DNA of 64,000 nucleotides from Podarcis tiliguerta (taxonomy: Eukaryota), in NCBI GenBank assembly GCA_965153285.1, contig OZ229125.1; one strand, given 5' to 3'. Each line of letters begins with the position of its first letter. Position 1 is the stretch's first letter. The notes under the pieces were generated by a model. The model was not told where the DNA came from, searched no databases, and saw only the letters and a list, made by a program, of their open reading frames with translations. Of the stretch, positions 49,437-62,402 are shown piece by piece. Made by a program: the position numbers and the translations under genes.

Positions 49437-50229
49437 CTATAAAAATTTTTTTTTAATGAGACATAAAACAAGGAGCATCAACTGTCAAAATATCCTGCCA
49501 TTAGCCTGCCTTTTCAGAAATGGTATACCATGTTTTTTAAAATCTTTTGTCTCCTCCAGGTGATGATGGACTCCCATCAGCCCTAGCCAGCATGGCTGAG
49601 ACACACAAACCTCACAATCCATGGTTTGCCTGTGCATTGGGGAAGACACAAAGTCACAACTTGGAGTCTACACAATGGATAGAGCAAGCCATGGTTTGGC
49701 ATTACATCTGAATCAACCCGGAGTGATTCCTGGATGTTGCCTACATTTCAGCTGGTAGGCATGGGGGAATCTCTGAAGCATTCCATGGCCAAAAAACACA
49801 GCCCCATTCCTGGGCACCTAGACTAAAGGGGAGTGTGAAATGCCAAGAGATAATATTAACTGGGCTGTCCCACAGCTGCAAGAAAGAGGCTTGCCCAACA
49901 TTCTGGGAGCTGACTGAGAACATAGACAGATCTTGTTGAGTGTAAGAGCAAAACTGTGCCTCTAGTTTTAATCCAGAAAAATGAGAGCACCACAAAATTG
50001 TAATCTAGGTTTCGGAAGTTTAGGCAACACTGATCTGGCAGGATCAGTTAATATCGGAACTAGGCAGCCAAGGTGCTACTTGGGCTCCTATCCAAAGCAT
50101 CTTTAATGAGGTACATTTCACACTTGGGACACTCCATTTGTACCCAGGGAACAAAGGCAGCCATTATGCTTTGTGGAAGATGTCAAGTAACCAGAAAGGT
50201 GGGGGACTGGGTGGGCAGGGGAAACTTAC

Positions 50230-50306
50230 ATGTTATTCACATCTGTTCCTGCAGCCTTTTCTAGCACTTCGTCAGTCACTTCCAGGCCTGGGGGGAATTC
50301 AGGGTG
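50230..50306 (-). CDS. HIP1R: HIP1R exon 6 (ANTH)
   Basis: caaag|HPEFPPGLEVTDEVLEKAAGTDVNN..|gtaagt. Confidence 0.96.
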
Positions 50307-50555
50307 CTTTGGAGGAGAAAAAATAAGAATTGGCATTCATTCACTAGGAGATGGCTGCCTTGCCATAACCAAACCCAAAGAGAGACAAAGAGACACAGAA
50401 AGAGTGGAAGACCACCTGCCTTGCTTGCAGAAAGTCCCAGGTTCAATCCCTGGCATCTCCAGGTAGAACTGGAAGAGGACCCTCTCTGAAACCTTCAAGA
50501 GCCACAGCCAGTCGCTGTAGACAATACTGTGCTAGATGAACCAAATGATATGACT

Positions 50556-50836
50556 CACACACTTATCTTTTATCCTGTTCTTTCCAGGCATGGTCTGTGC
50601 CTTAAAGCTCCGTGTCTGAGCACTCTTTTCTCTTTTCCTGGAGCTTTCCCTTCAAAAGCCCACTCTTTAAAGCTGAGGTGCAACAAATGGCAATTCAAGT
50701 TTTCCCCAGATTGCCATTTGCTTCAATTCAGCTTTAAAGAGCAGGTTAGTGTGGGGAAACCTCCAGAGTAAACAAAAAAGGCACTCAGACACAAGGCTTT
50801 AAAACGCACAGAGGAAAGGTAAGTGTAGATAAACCC
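50556..50836. mobile_element. Fold-back MITE (Harbinger-like) nested in a tRNA-derived SINE
   Basis: Arms gtgtctgag..ctctttaaagctga..caaatggcaat / attgccatttg..tcagctttaaagag..ctcagacac. Right end aaaggtaagtgtagataaaccc|tta. The host SINE (from about 50400) resumes at agtataaggcagc. Confidence 0.65.
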
Positions 50837-51042
50837 TTAGTATAAGGCAGCTTTCCTTGTTTTGCCCACATGCCCCCAGTGCATTCACACATTAGGTTAA
50901 TTCTCATGCCCAGAAAAATATCTTATGATAGGATGTGGTTGTAAGAGTGGACAGTTCAGGGCTACATATTAAATTAAATTTTAAAAAATTATATACTACT
51001 TGATTGTAGTAAAACATCTATGCAGTTTATAATAAATATTTA

Positions 51043-51404
51043 GGTAAAGGTAAAGGTACCCCTGCCCGTACGGGCCAGTCTTGACAGACTCTAGGGTTGT
51101 GCGCCCATCTCACTCAAAGAGGCCAAGGGCCAGCGCTGTCCGGAGACACTTCCGGGTCACGTGTCCAGCGTGACATCGCTGCTCTGGCGAGCCAGAGCCG
51201 CACACGGAAACGCCGTTTACCTTCCCGCTAGTAAGCGGTCCCTATTTATCTACTTGCACTTAGGGGTGCTTTCGAACTGCTAGGTTGGCAGGCGCTGGGA
51301 CCGAACAACGGGAGCACACCCCGCCGCGGGGATTCGAACTGCCGACCTTTCGATCAGCAAGTCCTAGGCACTGAGGCTTTTACCCACAGCGCCACCCGCG
51401 TCCC
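51043..51404 (-). mobile_element. Young full-length Sauria SINE
   Basis: Perfect 14-bp TSD ataataaatattta (51029-51042 / 51405-51418); head GGGACGCGGGTGGCGCTGTGG on the minus strand; (ACCTTT)n tail; CpGs retained. Confidence 0.93.
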
Positions 51405-52427
51405 ATAATAAATATTTAAATTTTCAATAAAAAGATGTTAAAATCAATTAAGAACATTTAACATTTAAAATTAATTAACATTAAAATGGATTAAAGCATG
51501 CTGACATCTACATGTCTGGATAGGAGTAGGATAGGGTTCCTAAACAAAAAGAATAGTGAAAAGAATACAGCAAAGGCACCTGCCTGGTGTCAACAGGCAG
51601 GGAGTTCCGAAGTGTAGGTGCAGTCTTACTAAAATATTTTCTTACAACTGTGGAATGAGTATTATGTAGTTACCTATAACATGAACTAAACAATGTGATT
51701 CAGCCAAAACATTGAAAACACTGCTTCTCTCCAGAAAGGTAATGGGGTGGAGGCCAGGGCTAAGGTGCCATCTGGCAGGGCAATGGCTAGAAATGGTAAG
51801 TGGAATGCTGAGCTGAGCTAGGCAGAATCTCAAGTTTACCAGATTTTCAGTACTAGTTACCTAACCCAACACAGTTTAGAGCCCCTCCAGACATCCTTTT
51901 CATTGAGCATTCAAGCTGCATCTGAAGAAAAGATGCTTCATCTCTAAAGAAGTACATATCCTGTAATTTCCTGCAAAAGTTGTGCTTACAGCAATAATGT
52001 GGTATCATTGGGGAAGCATCACAGAACTACTAACAAAGCAAAATAAATCTACTACTAATGCACTATTATTCTGTCAATAACATGTTTGCCGAGTACGTCC
52101 ACAATGAAACACCAGTCTGGAGGGACCCTAAGCAGAATCCCAGCTGGGAGACAACCACAGTTTAAGGCAGGTCAGCATGCCTTCCAACCCTCGTAAGTCA
52201 GACTAATTTCCTTGTGGAGGTCCACTGCAGACAGCTACAATAATCTTTCCTGCTTGACAGGAGGGAGAAACAGGCAGTGGGAGGGAACTCCCATAATGCC
52301 CCTGCTGGGATGCAGCTCTTGGGGTTGAAACTAGATGAGCCCCTTCCCACAAACTGGAGAGTAGCAACCCTACAGAAAAGACCACTGAGAAGATAAGGTG
52401 TGCAGGAACTGCATAAACAGAAATTAC

Positions 52428-52508
52428 CTTTAGATGGAAGGAGATTTTGGTGAGCAAAAGTTTGGTATAAATGTTTACGAGCTGGCCGTATCGATCATGT
52501 AGGTGGCC
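52428..52508 (-). CDS. HIP1R: HIP1R exon 5 (ANTH)
   Basis: gttag|GHLHDRYGQLVNIYTKLLLTKISFHLK|gtaatt. Confidence 0.97.
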
Positions 52509-52559
52509 CTAACAAGGAAAAATAAACGTTTCATTAAAAGGGATGGGGGGGGGGAGAGT

Positions 52560-52790
52560 CAGGTTTATTTGTTTATTTTTACATTTATATCCCACCTTTT
52601 CTCCAAGGAGCTCAGGGTTGCTGTACACAGTTCTCCCCACCCAACAACAACCTTGAAGTGAAGCTGAAAGATGGTGGCGGGCCAAAGGTGACCCAGTGAG
52701 CTTTGTTGCTGTGTGACAACTTTGAACCCTGGTACCTCCCAAGTTCTAATCTAGCAATCTAAGCAATACACCACATTGGCTCTCTAACTC
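52560..52790 (-). mobile_element. Old MIR/Squam3-like SINE (related pieces at about 7960-8090 and 62130-62300)
   Basis: Antisense tttatatcccacctttt...aaggagctcagggt...aacaacaacc...gtgacccagtgagct...tttgaaccctgg pattern. Confidence 0.5.
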
Positions 52791-53138
52791 CACTGGCTTA
52801 GATCAGCAATTGATAGCCTCAAAACAAAATCTGTCTCTTGGGAAATGACATTTACCCCGCTCCCCTTGGAAACGTTAAAAGCCATGATAAGACTATAGAT
52901 CAGCAGCACCTGGTCTTTGGAGAAAGATGGAAGGCAGCCTTGTGCCGCCGACGCCCCCCCCCCCCCCGCCAATTCCACACTTCCAGTTCAAAATAACCCC
53001 CAACAGGGCAGACCAGGCATAGTTGCTGACCAGGGATCTTTGTTCTATATCCAGGACAACATTTGAAGAAAGTGTTCTCAATCCAGTATAAAATTCAAAG
53101 TTGGAGCATCCAGCTGGAAGCACATTTCTGGAACTCAC

Positions 53139-53195
53139 CCAGAGGTCTCCAGTTTCTCGGATGTTACTTCGATATCGCTGACAATCTTGAAGAAC
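53139..53195 (-). CDS. HIP1R: HIP1R exon 4 (ANTH)
   Basis: tctag|VLQDCQRYRSNIRETGDLW|gtgagt. Confidence 0.96.
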
Positions 53196-53619
53196 CTAGA
53201 GAAGACAGTGTGTGAAGAAAACTTAGGAGCACAAGAAAATTGGCCACATCAGAAATTCAGGACCTGTTTTCCAAAGGATATTATACTGATCCCTGTCTAT
53301 TCTTCTATAAAAGGTCCACCAGGCTTAATTAATTAATTTTTATTTTTTACAAGATTTATAGAACACTTAATAAAAAAAATCTAAGCAGTTTACATGAAAT
53401 AGAATATTCATTAAAAATAGCAAAACAGACTTTAAAAACAGTAGATTAAATAACATTATCAAAATACAGTAAAAATTTTCAAAATCTGTTTATTTTGAAA
53501 ATGAATGTACATGATGAAATTACATGTCTGAGTAGGCTAAACAAAAGCAAAAAGGTTTTAGCAGGCATTGGAAACACTACAGCAAAGGCACCTGCCTAAT
53601 ACCTACAGGCAACCGAAAG

Positions 53620-53900
53620 GGTTAGAGAGATGTGGAACAGGAATTAGACTGTATCATACAACCCAGAGGATGGAAAACTGCTTTAGGGACCACAAAGAAT
53701 GTTTCTTTAGGTTTGAAACTGAGATTGACCCAGCAAAAATTGTTTCATGTATACAAAACTCTACAAGGCCTTTGTAAGAAGGCAACACCTCCTACAGATA
53801 GATGTTGGAGGTATAATGCAGAAAAGGTCTAATTGGGGCACATGATATGGACTTCTCCAATGCTCTAGTCTTCAGCATCTGAAGTTGTTGTCTGTATCAA
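53620..53900 (+). mobile_element. Degraded L1-like ORF2 3' (zf-RVT) fragment
   Basis: LRLTQQKLFH...DRCWRYNAEK...GHMIW resembles the zinc-finger region of the L1 at 36627-39363. Confidence 0.5.
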
Positions 53901-54406
53901 TTTAGTGCTGGCAATATTCTTGATATTTGCAGATGTATGTACTTTTAAATTATATTCCCATAGTACAGGGACTAACAGCAGAACAAAAAAAAGAGGATTT
54001 TGCGAGCCTTTATGAACTTATACTTCGAGCCTGAAGGATTATGTATTATGCAGTGGTCTGGCTGCATCTGAACATGTTTCCTAAAAGCACCCACCTCATG
54101 TGGAATCCTGTTTGGACATCTGGAGGGCTGATCTCGACATATACACTTAAATAACATATACACTTAACAAGCTTAAGGGCAGTGACAGGTGATAATAATT
54201 GACAGTGGTTGCAAAATCCAGCTTTTCTTGTCACACCATCAAGCTATTGGGGTGAATAATTTCTGGACATAGTTTCTGTTGTTTTCTCGATCACAGTGTA
54301 CACACTGTCTCACCTAGAATGTGTACAGTTTAAAGTATATTGCCTCTTTTCTTCCGTCAAAGGTCTTTTTCACACTGGTTGAATGGCAGGAGGCCAGCAA
54401 ACTTAC

Positions 54407-54549
54407 ATTTGGATGCCCATCGCGGAGGACTTTGTGGAGAACGTGGCAAAACTTCCAACTGAGGATGGCGCTGCTGGGCAAAGGGAGACCAATTGCGTAT
54501 GACCAAAAAGTAAATGCTCCTTTCTCATGATGAGTCCCCAGAATAATTC
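54407..54549 (-). CDS. HIP1R: HIP1R exon 3 (ANTH)
   Basis: cccttaactcccatgaag|..IILGTHHEKGAFTFWSYAIGLPLPSSAILSWKFCHVLHKVLRDGHPN|gtaagt; 143 nt. Confidence 0.96.
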
Positions 54550-55264
54550 CTTCATGGGAGTTAAGGGCAGTTTGAAATTCAAGGTGTTTAAGGGGGCAGG
54601 GAGGAAGGACAACGAAACACGGCCAGCCTCCTAAGAGACTTTCCCACCACCAACAATGGAAAAACAGCCGCAGAAGCACTTAGAAACATTTAAGCGTTGA
54701 AGAGAAGGTGGGGTATAAATGTAATAAATAAGTAATATTTATCTTAATTTCTACCACAGCTTTTGAGTCACTGCTCTGAACATCACCAAATCAATGAAGG
54801 ATTGTCTTCTAAATAAAGAACATCATAAGTAATCCTGTATTCTGTATTCACCAAAATTTGATAGAAATATGTTTGTTTTCAACAGGTTTTATGGATTTGA
54901 TTTTTAGCATTGCTGAGTTTTCCTCTTGTGATACACTCTTTGGTTTACCTCATCTTCTGATATGTAAGTGGAAAAAACTCACAGCAAATGGCACCCAGAA
55001 CATGAGGCATTACATATTACAGAGGAAGAGGAGGAAATGAGACACTGGTCTGTCATTTTTGGAAGTTACTCTGTAAACCACCAGATAGTATATTCGTTAC
55101 TGAATGTGTACTTTATTAAATGTCTACTTTAATAAATTTGTACTTAAGTGTACTTTACGAAATTTAATACTTTATTAAATTAGTGTTATTATTAAATAGC
55201 ACTAATAACAAATTTAACTTAAGGAAGCCAAGCGAACAAGTGACGTGGTCGGAAAAAAGGATAC
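54550..55264 (-). other. U12-type (minor spliceosome) GT-AG intron, HIP1R intron 2
   Basis: 5' splice site GTATCCTTTT; branch site CCCTTAAC (54567-54560) about 11 nt from an AAG acceptor with no polypyrimidine tract. Confidence 0.93.
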
Positions 55265-55328
55265 TGCGGGCATGTTTCTCTTTGACTGGTGCTTCCAGAG
55301 TGTTGATTGCTTTGCTGATGCTCATAGC
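55265..55328 (-). CDS. HIP1R: HIP1R exon 2 (ANTH start)
   Basis: cccag|AMSISKAINTLEAPVKEKHAR.|gtatcc; 64 nt. Confidence 0.96.
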
Positions 55329-58144
55329 CTGGGAAGGGGAGAGAAAGCCAGTATTAAGAATAGCACCGATGTTTACATTTCTAGCAAATGCAATGATAAG
55401 TTATATGGAATCTAATTATCAACTAGTAACAATGACAATAACACTATGACTAAGTGCACAATCCCACAGGATTCCTACATTTAAAATAAAACGTATAAAT
55501 GGCTTTTTGGTGACAGTACTCATTGGTACAGAGTCCTGACACCTTTCATCAGCTGCGCATGGCAGCCATTTTGTGCTAGTACACAAGCCTCTTATCAATA
55601 TATAAGTACCGGGAGCTCATTTTTTACCACAAAAAGCACTGGATATATCAAAATTGTCAGTAAGCCACCCCAATAAATCAGGGGTGGGAAACGTAAAGTG
55701 TTTCTTGACTCCAATCCCTGTCAGCTCCAGCCAGGATAGCCAATATGCAAGGATGATGGGAGAGGTAGCCCAACAACCACCAGAAATGAATTTCATGGCG
55801 ATACTGTCACAACTAGACAGGTAGGGATGACCAATCTTCCAGTGAGGCTTATCTGCTGTTACTGATCATCTATCTGAGGTATGCCCAAGAATGTTCTGAG
55901 GAACCCCAGAGAGTGTGAAGCCCACTGAGCTTGATGATCACACCACACTCCCCAACATCCTGTTTCCAGCACTAGGCAGCCACTTCTTGTACTTCTGTGA
56001 GCCCCTGAGCAAGGTTTGGGGACAAAAAGGTCCTTCTCCAGCTCTTGGGTGACAAATTGCCTTTCAATTGGAGCCCGCTGATGAAAGAGAACACCCATAC
56101 ACACTATTTTCACTCTCACACTGTACGAATCTTAGTTTCTCATGTCAATGTTTCGATGTGTGAATTTTGAATCGAAATACTTATCCTGGCTGAACTGGAA
56201 AATCAGGCAGCAGTTATGTTTGTGAATTTAACCCAAGGAAATACAAGAACAGATGGAGCTTTTTGATAAGACTTGGGGTGGGGGGAGGCTGCACCATTCA
56301 GAATAGTTAAGCATGAATTCAATGGTCCTGTGCTCAAAATATTCCCATTTTTGAATTAGAAGAAAAAATACACCCAAGCATATTTGCCATTCTGTCATAA
56401 TGGTTAGCATGTTGGGCTTGGACCCAAATTCAAATTTTAGCTCCATCACAAATCTTGATTTAAGTGACATTAGAGCCACTCACTCTCCTTCTAAATTAAT
56501 CCCACAGGGTTGCTGCAAGAAAAATGAGATATTCCCACATACATTGGTTATATCTCCCTGGGGAAAAGGGCAGGATACACGACACACAAAAATAATTCTT
56601 CGCACTGCAAAGGTTAACATGGGACTTTAAAAAATCTTATTCCGGTAAATGACATCCAGGGAAAATACCTCAGAGCAGAATAAATGTAACTCTTCCCTCT
56701 ATTTTTTTTTTAAAAAATAGCTTTCTGCTTGCAGAGAAAACTGTAATGCTCAAAGTATACATGGACACAGAATCAAGGAGATGCCTTGACTCTCAAAGGG
56801 TTGCAGTCTATATGAAAACATTTGCATTTACAAGAATGAAAGCTGGCATCTGCTCCTGGGTACTAGTCAAAATGGCCGAGTACCACCCCCAGCCTAAGGC
56901 CTTTTGCGGGGGAAAGGCAGGCAAGGGCTCCTGAGCTCATGTCCTGCTTGGCCACAGTAGAAAACGGGATGCTGGGCTCTAGATGAGCCTTTAAGTCTGA
57001 TCCAGCAGGGCTCCTTCTGTATTCTATTGCTGAGCAACACCAGAACATCTCTTTTTTTAAAAAAAAAAACCTCTACTAGTCTCAAAACCACACACTTGGT
57101 GACAAGATTTGTGGCCGCAATTCAGGAAACATTTCTAACAAAGATCTGTGTGCCAAAAATACTCTTTCAAGCTGGTCTCATAGGGTGCATCCCCCACCGA
57201 GACAGAATTACCACCCGAGCCATGTTCATCAGGGCAGATTTTTACCTAACCGGTCATTAAAGCATCTTCAGAATCCCCCTGCCTCTGGGAGTGGAGTGGG
57301 GATAAAACACTGAACGGTAGAGCAAGCGATGTTCTCACAGCAAAATGAGAACATTTTGCTTCACATCTCTAGTTCTACAAATGCTAGAAACTTTGGTTAA
57401 ATGAAAGCAGAGGATTTTGAGATTATGTTCATCTGGCATGTGGGACTGCTGCCCCCTCCCCATTATCTCACACAGACACACAAAATGTCTCACTCCATTC
57501 TAAGCACCACTGCAAGTGACATTTTATTTATTTATGAAAACACTGAGATAAATTGAGATCAACCACAGATACCCTTTCTTTCTATCCCTTCAGGTATTAA
57601 CAGGGTGACAATGAGCCAGGAAGCCTTTTCTGGGCTGGCACCCTCTGCCTAAGGAACTCCCTGCCCTGAGAGAGTCATATGGCTCTATCACTGCTTGAGT
57701 TTAGACCAAGAGAAGGTGACTGTCCCAACATCATCCAGGAAGATACCTGGCTGGGTGAGGATTGAAACCCAGATTTCTATGGACCACGTCCAAAACATTA
57801 TCCCTGCATCAGGATATTTTTCCTATTAAGCTCTTTAAAAAAATAATAATATGCAGAATCCTGTTTTCTACAATAAGGACAGGACTCTCACAATATTGTT
57901 GCAAAAAGTCGAAGCAGCTGCAGCAGCCATCTTAAAACATTCATGAACCAAGAACAAGACGGGAGTAACTGATACTAGAATATCCTCCCCAGGGTCACTG
58001 TAACCTTAAAATTCAGTGTCAACAGTAAGACTACAGGAAAGACTAAAATGTTTGCAGTGGTGGTGTTAGCTTCTAAAAAGGATGCTAAGTAACGATGGGC
58101 CATGAAAGAGGTTTATAGAATTTATGCATGCTTTGGGTGGAGAG

Positions 58145-58234
58145 CATAGCTGTCAACGTTTTCCTTTTTTTAAGGGAAATTCTCTTATTCCGAATAGGAT
58201 TCCTTGCAAGAAAAGGGAAAAGTTGACAGCTATG
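58145..58234. mobile_element. 90-bp hAT MITE nested in an old CR1-like fragment (about 58105-58400)
   Basis: TIRs CATAGCTGTCAAC / GTTGACAGCTATG; perfect 8-bp TSD gtggagag. Confidence 0.88.
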
Positions 58235-61200
58235 GTGGAGAGAATTTATTCTTCTTCTCTCTCATTACACTACAACTTGAGGTCATCCAAATAAGCTGAA
58301 TGGCATGAGATTCGGGGCAGCCATCTTCACACAGCATGTGATTAATTTACAGAATTCGCTGTCGGCACACATCCTGAGATATTTAAAAGGTGCAATTCAG
58401 CCATCCGATTTTGGATGAGCATTTATCTGAAAGCTCTCCAAAAACGATTGCCTTCTGTGGACGTTTCTCCGTCACTGGCCGGACTAGGCAGAGGGGCTCC
58501 CTTTCAATCGCTCCAGGCCTGACCTCGTTTCATACAGAAGTCCATTGTCGCACCAATTCATTTAGATTCCAAGAACTAGCCCTGCAGCTGAACTGTATAA
58601 ATGAATGAAGATGTCTCTTTGGAGAGCTATATATGACTAATTGTCCTGTCTTCTTAACCTGCAACATTTCCACAGGTCAGTAGCAAAAAAAAAGCATTAT
58701 ATATCCATTCCTGACAGAGTCTTCTTAGACACGCTCTTACACATTGTTAGTGCAAACTGCCATTTGTTGCTCTGGTTGTCAAAGCAGAGCGAGGGAGAGT
58801 GAATTCTTGGCTTGACTTGACATAAACTTCTGTCATGGCGCTCATTATTAATATCTTGTCTATTAAGTAGAGTTAGAACAAGGTTTGTGGGGAAACTTCT
58901 GGAACACTCTGTTTCCACATTCAGAGCGAATTTGAATTCTTAGAAGTTTGACATACAATTATTTCCTCGCCAGAGTGATATTTCAACATTATTTATTGCC
59001 TCGTGGATCAATAAGGGTGAATGCCAATATTCACCCTTTCATACATTCAATAAGTGTGAGAGGGGAGCTGTGGCAGCACCCCAACCGCCCCCACCTCTCG
59101 GCACTCATCTTTAAATGACTGCAGGGTTCTCGCCACAGGATCATAAACCCTGGAAAAGTAGGTTCCCCAATTGTGTGGCGAAAGCCCTGCATTACACTCC
59201 TTCTCACGGGAATCCTGTTCATACCTGGCATGGGGAACCAGAAGCAACTGTGGCCCCCGAAGTATCTTTATCTGGCCCCTTGGACTCTTCCCCCCCTTCT
59301 CTGGCCATGCCTCTTACCAGCCCTGCTTCACACCCTCCCTGACTGTTTGTGCCTGCCTGGAATGTGTCCTTGAACAACAGGAATGTCGCTTGCTTGCTTG
59401 AATGGATGGAGGACCAAGGGCGTGGGGGTCCTGAGTAGAAACTGGCAGACTGAACAAAATGCAAAATTCACACCTGCTGCTCTGCTCACTTTTGCCTCTG
59501 CCCCACCCACCGCTGGCATGTGGCCCCTCAGAAGGTTCTCTGGAAGGGATTGTGGCCCTCAGGTGAAAAAAAAGTCCCCCACTTTCAATATATACCATCA
59601 AAATGAACACGTGGGGGGGGCGTAGGGATTGCTGCTGTAATCCTGTTGCAGACCCAGACGTGCTCACCGAATGTAAGAATGGGGCAATGGGTGTAACATC
59701 ACAGCAGAGCCAGTGCCTCAGCTGGGCCAGGACCCCTCCTTCCACCATCTTGGGCCTAGAAAGGGCCAGCTACTTTGCTTAGGGAAATTTAGCGACTGCT
59801 TATTTGTTTTATAAGGTGCGCCTCTAGGTTTGAGGTAGCAAATATGTAGAAAGCATAGCAAAACTTTGAACAATACTTGGAAAAGTTGACCATTTGTTTT
59901 CAAAACTTATCATGCTTCCTTAATAATAAAAAAATGCAAATAATAATAATAAAACTCAGAAGAAAATCAAAGGCAGGTAACACTGTAAAAACAAGAAGCA
60001 ATTCATAAGCCAAACTACTGGCATAAAAATAAAGACAAACAATGGTTACAGCCATCTGAATTAAAACATCTACATACCAGAAATATTAAATCAATGAACT
60101 GGAATCTCCTCAAAGATTTGTGCAAGAGCGAGGAGGTAGAGATTAATCTGACCACGTTAAATGAGAGTGTTTTAACTTTTTTTAAAAAAATGTTATGCAA
60201 ATTGAAGATAGGTTAGTCTCAGCCAACACAATGAAAAACCGAAACAGTATTTACACAGCCTATGATAAAAAACGCCCACAAGGGCAACTCCCCACCTACA
60301 GATTCAGGGCAAAGTTGTGACGGTTAATTTAAGCAAGCTCCTTCCGCCTTTGATCTCTGGCACCTTCTCATTAAGCTGTCATTTTACCAGGAACTCGATT
60401 TCAGAATCCAAAGCATTTCCTCAGCTAACCACTCCTCTACAACGTCACCACCGCATCCTGCCTGTGACAGAGTTTTACCTAAGCAAGGTGGGCCCAGCAC
60501 ACATAAAACTCCCTCTCTCTCACTTCTATGTGATATTAAATTCTTAACAAGGCACTCTGCTAAGAAATTACGCTTTAAAGAGGCTAGCAAGATTGTCAGC
60601 CTTGTGCAACTCAAAGCAGTTGGCACAACCTCTTAAGCAGGGTCAACTTCAATGGTCCCTTGGAAAAATAATAACAACAATACAGTAACAGAATTTAACA
60701 GGACATGGTAACCTTCTGCCAGACTCAAGGGCTCATCCACACTTCCCCATGTCCCATGAGTGGTTTTCTGCTTGTCCCATTCCTTATAGGCACAGGTCCA
60801 AGTGGTTTTGCCGTGGTTTTCTGATTGAGAGGGCAAGTGGAAGTCTGGATGAGCCCTCAAACACTGGCAGAGAAACCTGCTGGTCTACCAACAACCATCC
60901 CAACCCAGCCAAGTCTAGAAGAAGCAAGCAATGGGTGCCAGTCCCTTGAAGATTGCACACTGCCAATTTGGTATCTTCTGGGTTGAAGGACCACACCTGT
61001 GTGTTATGGTGCAGACATGGTGCCCACTCTTCAAGCAGCTGAACAATATTTTATAAATATCGTTCCAGTTGCTGTGAAGCATGGGTGGAGAACCGTTTTG
61101 GCATGGAAAGCCAGGTTATTATCTGACCCCACCCCACATAGGTAAACTCTGACAGGTGGGTGAGATGACCCACCTGTCAATCACCTGGTTATCCTGCCCA

Positions 61201-62402
61201 CCTATCAAAGTCCCTTTCCAAGCAGAGCACTGGGCACAGGGCTAGCAAATCTGCTTTCTTCGGGGATCAGCTACATGATGAAGTTCCCATGCAGAACTGG
61301 GTCAAGCAGGCAACCCAGTAGGGTTAGCTCGCTGCCCATCAGCCAATAAATAAAACATTAATTCTGCTGTGGCTGAGTTTCTTCTGCTCCTCTCTTTCAA
61401 AATTGTATGTTCATATTCTTTCATACTGATTATAAATTGGGTTTGTTTGTTTTTAAAATATCACCCACCCTGGACTTTGTGGTGAAGAGCGTGTAAGAAA
61501 TACCTGAAATAAATAAAATTTGGATCCATTTATTTTTGGAGCTTTTTATAATGTTGGGTTTTTTCATTTTAATACTTGGTGAGCCACTCTGGGAACGGTC
61601 GCACTCTGGGAAAGGTAGGATATAAATCTTTAAAACAAATAAAATAAAACAGGGAAAACACTGCTGATAGGATAGGGCAGCTGTAAATGTTTGCAAAGCA
61701 GTTTGAAGAACGAGAGGACTGTAGAAATGCTAATTTTTAAATGAATTTTCAGTATCAAGTTGAGTTCTCTTTCATGGACTTCCCAGTTCACCCAGACAGA
61801 ACACCTGACCTTCACTCCTTTTCAGCAATATATGTAAATACGTTACTCACTGATACCAGCACATTCCCAGAGCCAGTGAAATTGGGTGGCTGAAGGAGAT
61901 GACCCAAGATGATGTTAATTAGCATTCACCGCCCACAGAAACCGAAATTATAGAACACTGAAATTCAATCCAGGACAAATCTACCACAGACCATTAGTCA
62001 TTAGTCACTTTCCTCATAAATGCGACCCAAAGCATCTTACACAATAAAGCACAAAAACGAGCTGCAACAAACACAACCAATAAAACTTTAACCATCTATA
62101 CAAGCTACAGCAACTAACAAGAACCCAGAAATTCAGGGTCAGTTTACCCCTGTTGCAATTCAGCCATAAAACTCACTGGGGGACTTTAGGCTAGTCACGG
62201 TCTCTCAAGCCTAACCTACCTCACAAGGCTGTCATGAGGATAAAAATGGAGATTGGGGAGAACCATGCACATATCTTGAGAGAAAGGTAGAATATAAATG
62301 TAGTAATCATAATGGGTAACTATCATAGTCTGCCTTCATAAAGATTATGGAGACATCAAGATGTCCAACATCTGGACACAGAAGTTCTGGATTCAACAAA
62401 TA

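Larger units (their letters stand above)
18243..55328 (-). other. HIP1R: HIP1R gene, coding span in window (exons 2-32): ANTH, coiled-coil and I/LWEQ (THATCH) domains
   Basis: 31 exons with matching phases total 3096 nt (1031 aa plus stop) and align along their length to vertebrate HIP1R. Confidence 0.97.

Noticed and set aside
50400-50470. tRNA-like sequences (ggttcaatccc B-box) here and in other SINE heads
   Set aside because: They are heads of tRNA-derived SINEs and do not form a complete cloverleaf.
55202-55226. Second U12-branch-like TTCCTTAAG followed by an AG just downstream of the U12 donor
   Set aside because: It would define an intron of only 63 nt opening into AT-rich, stop-containing sequence, and it mismatches the consensus final C; no evidence of use.
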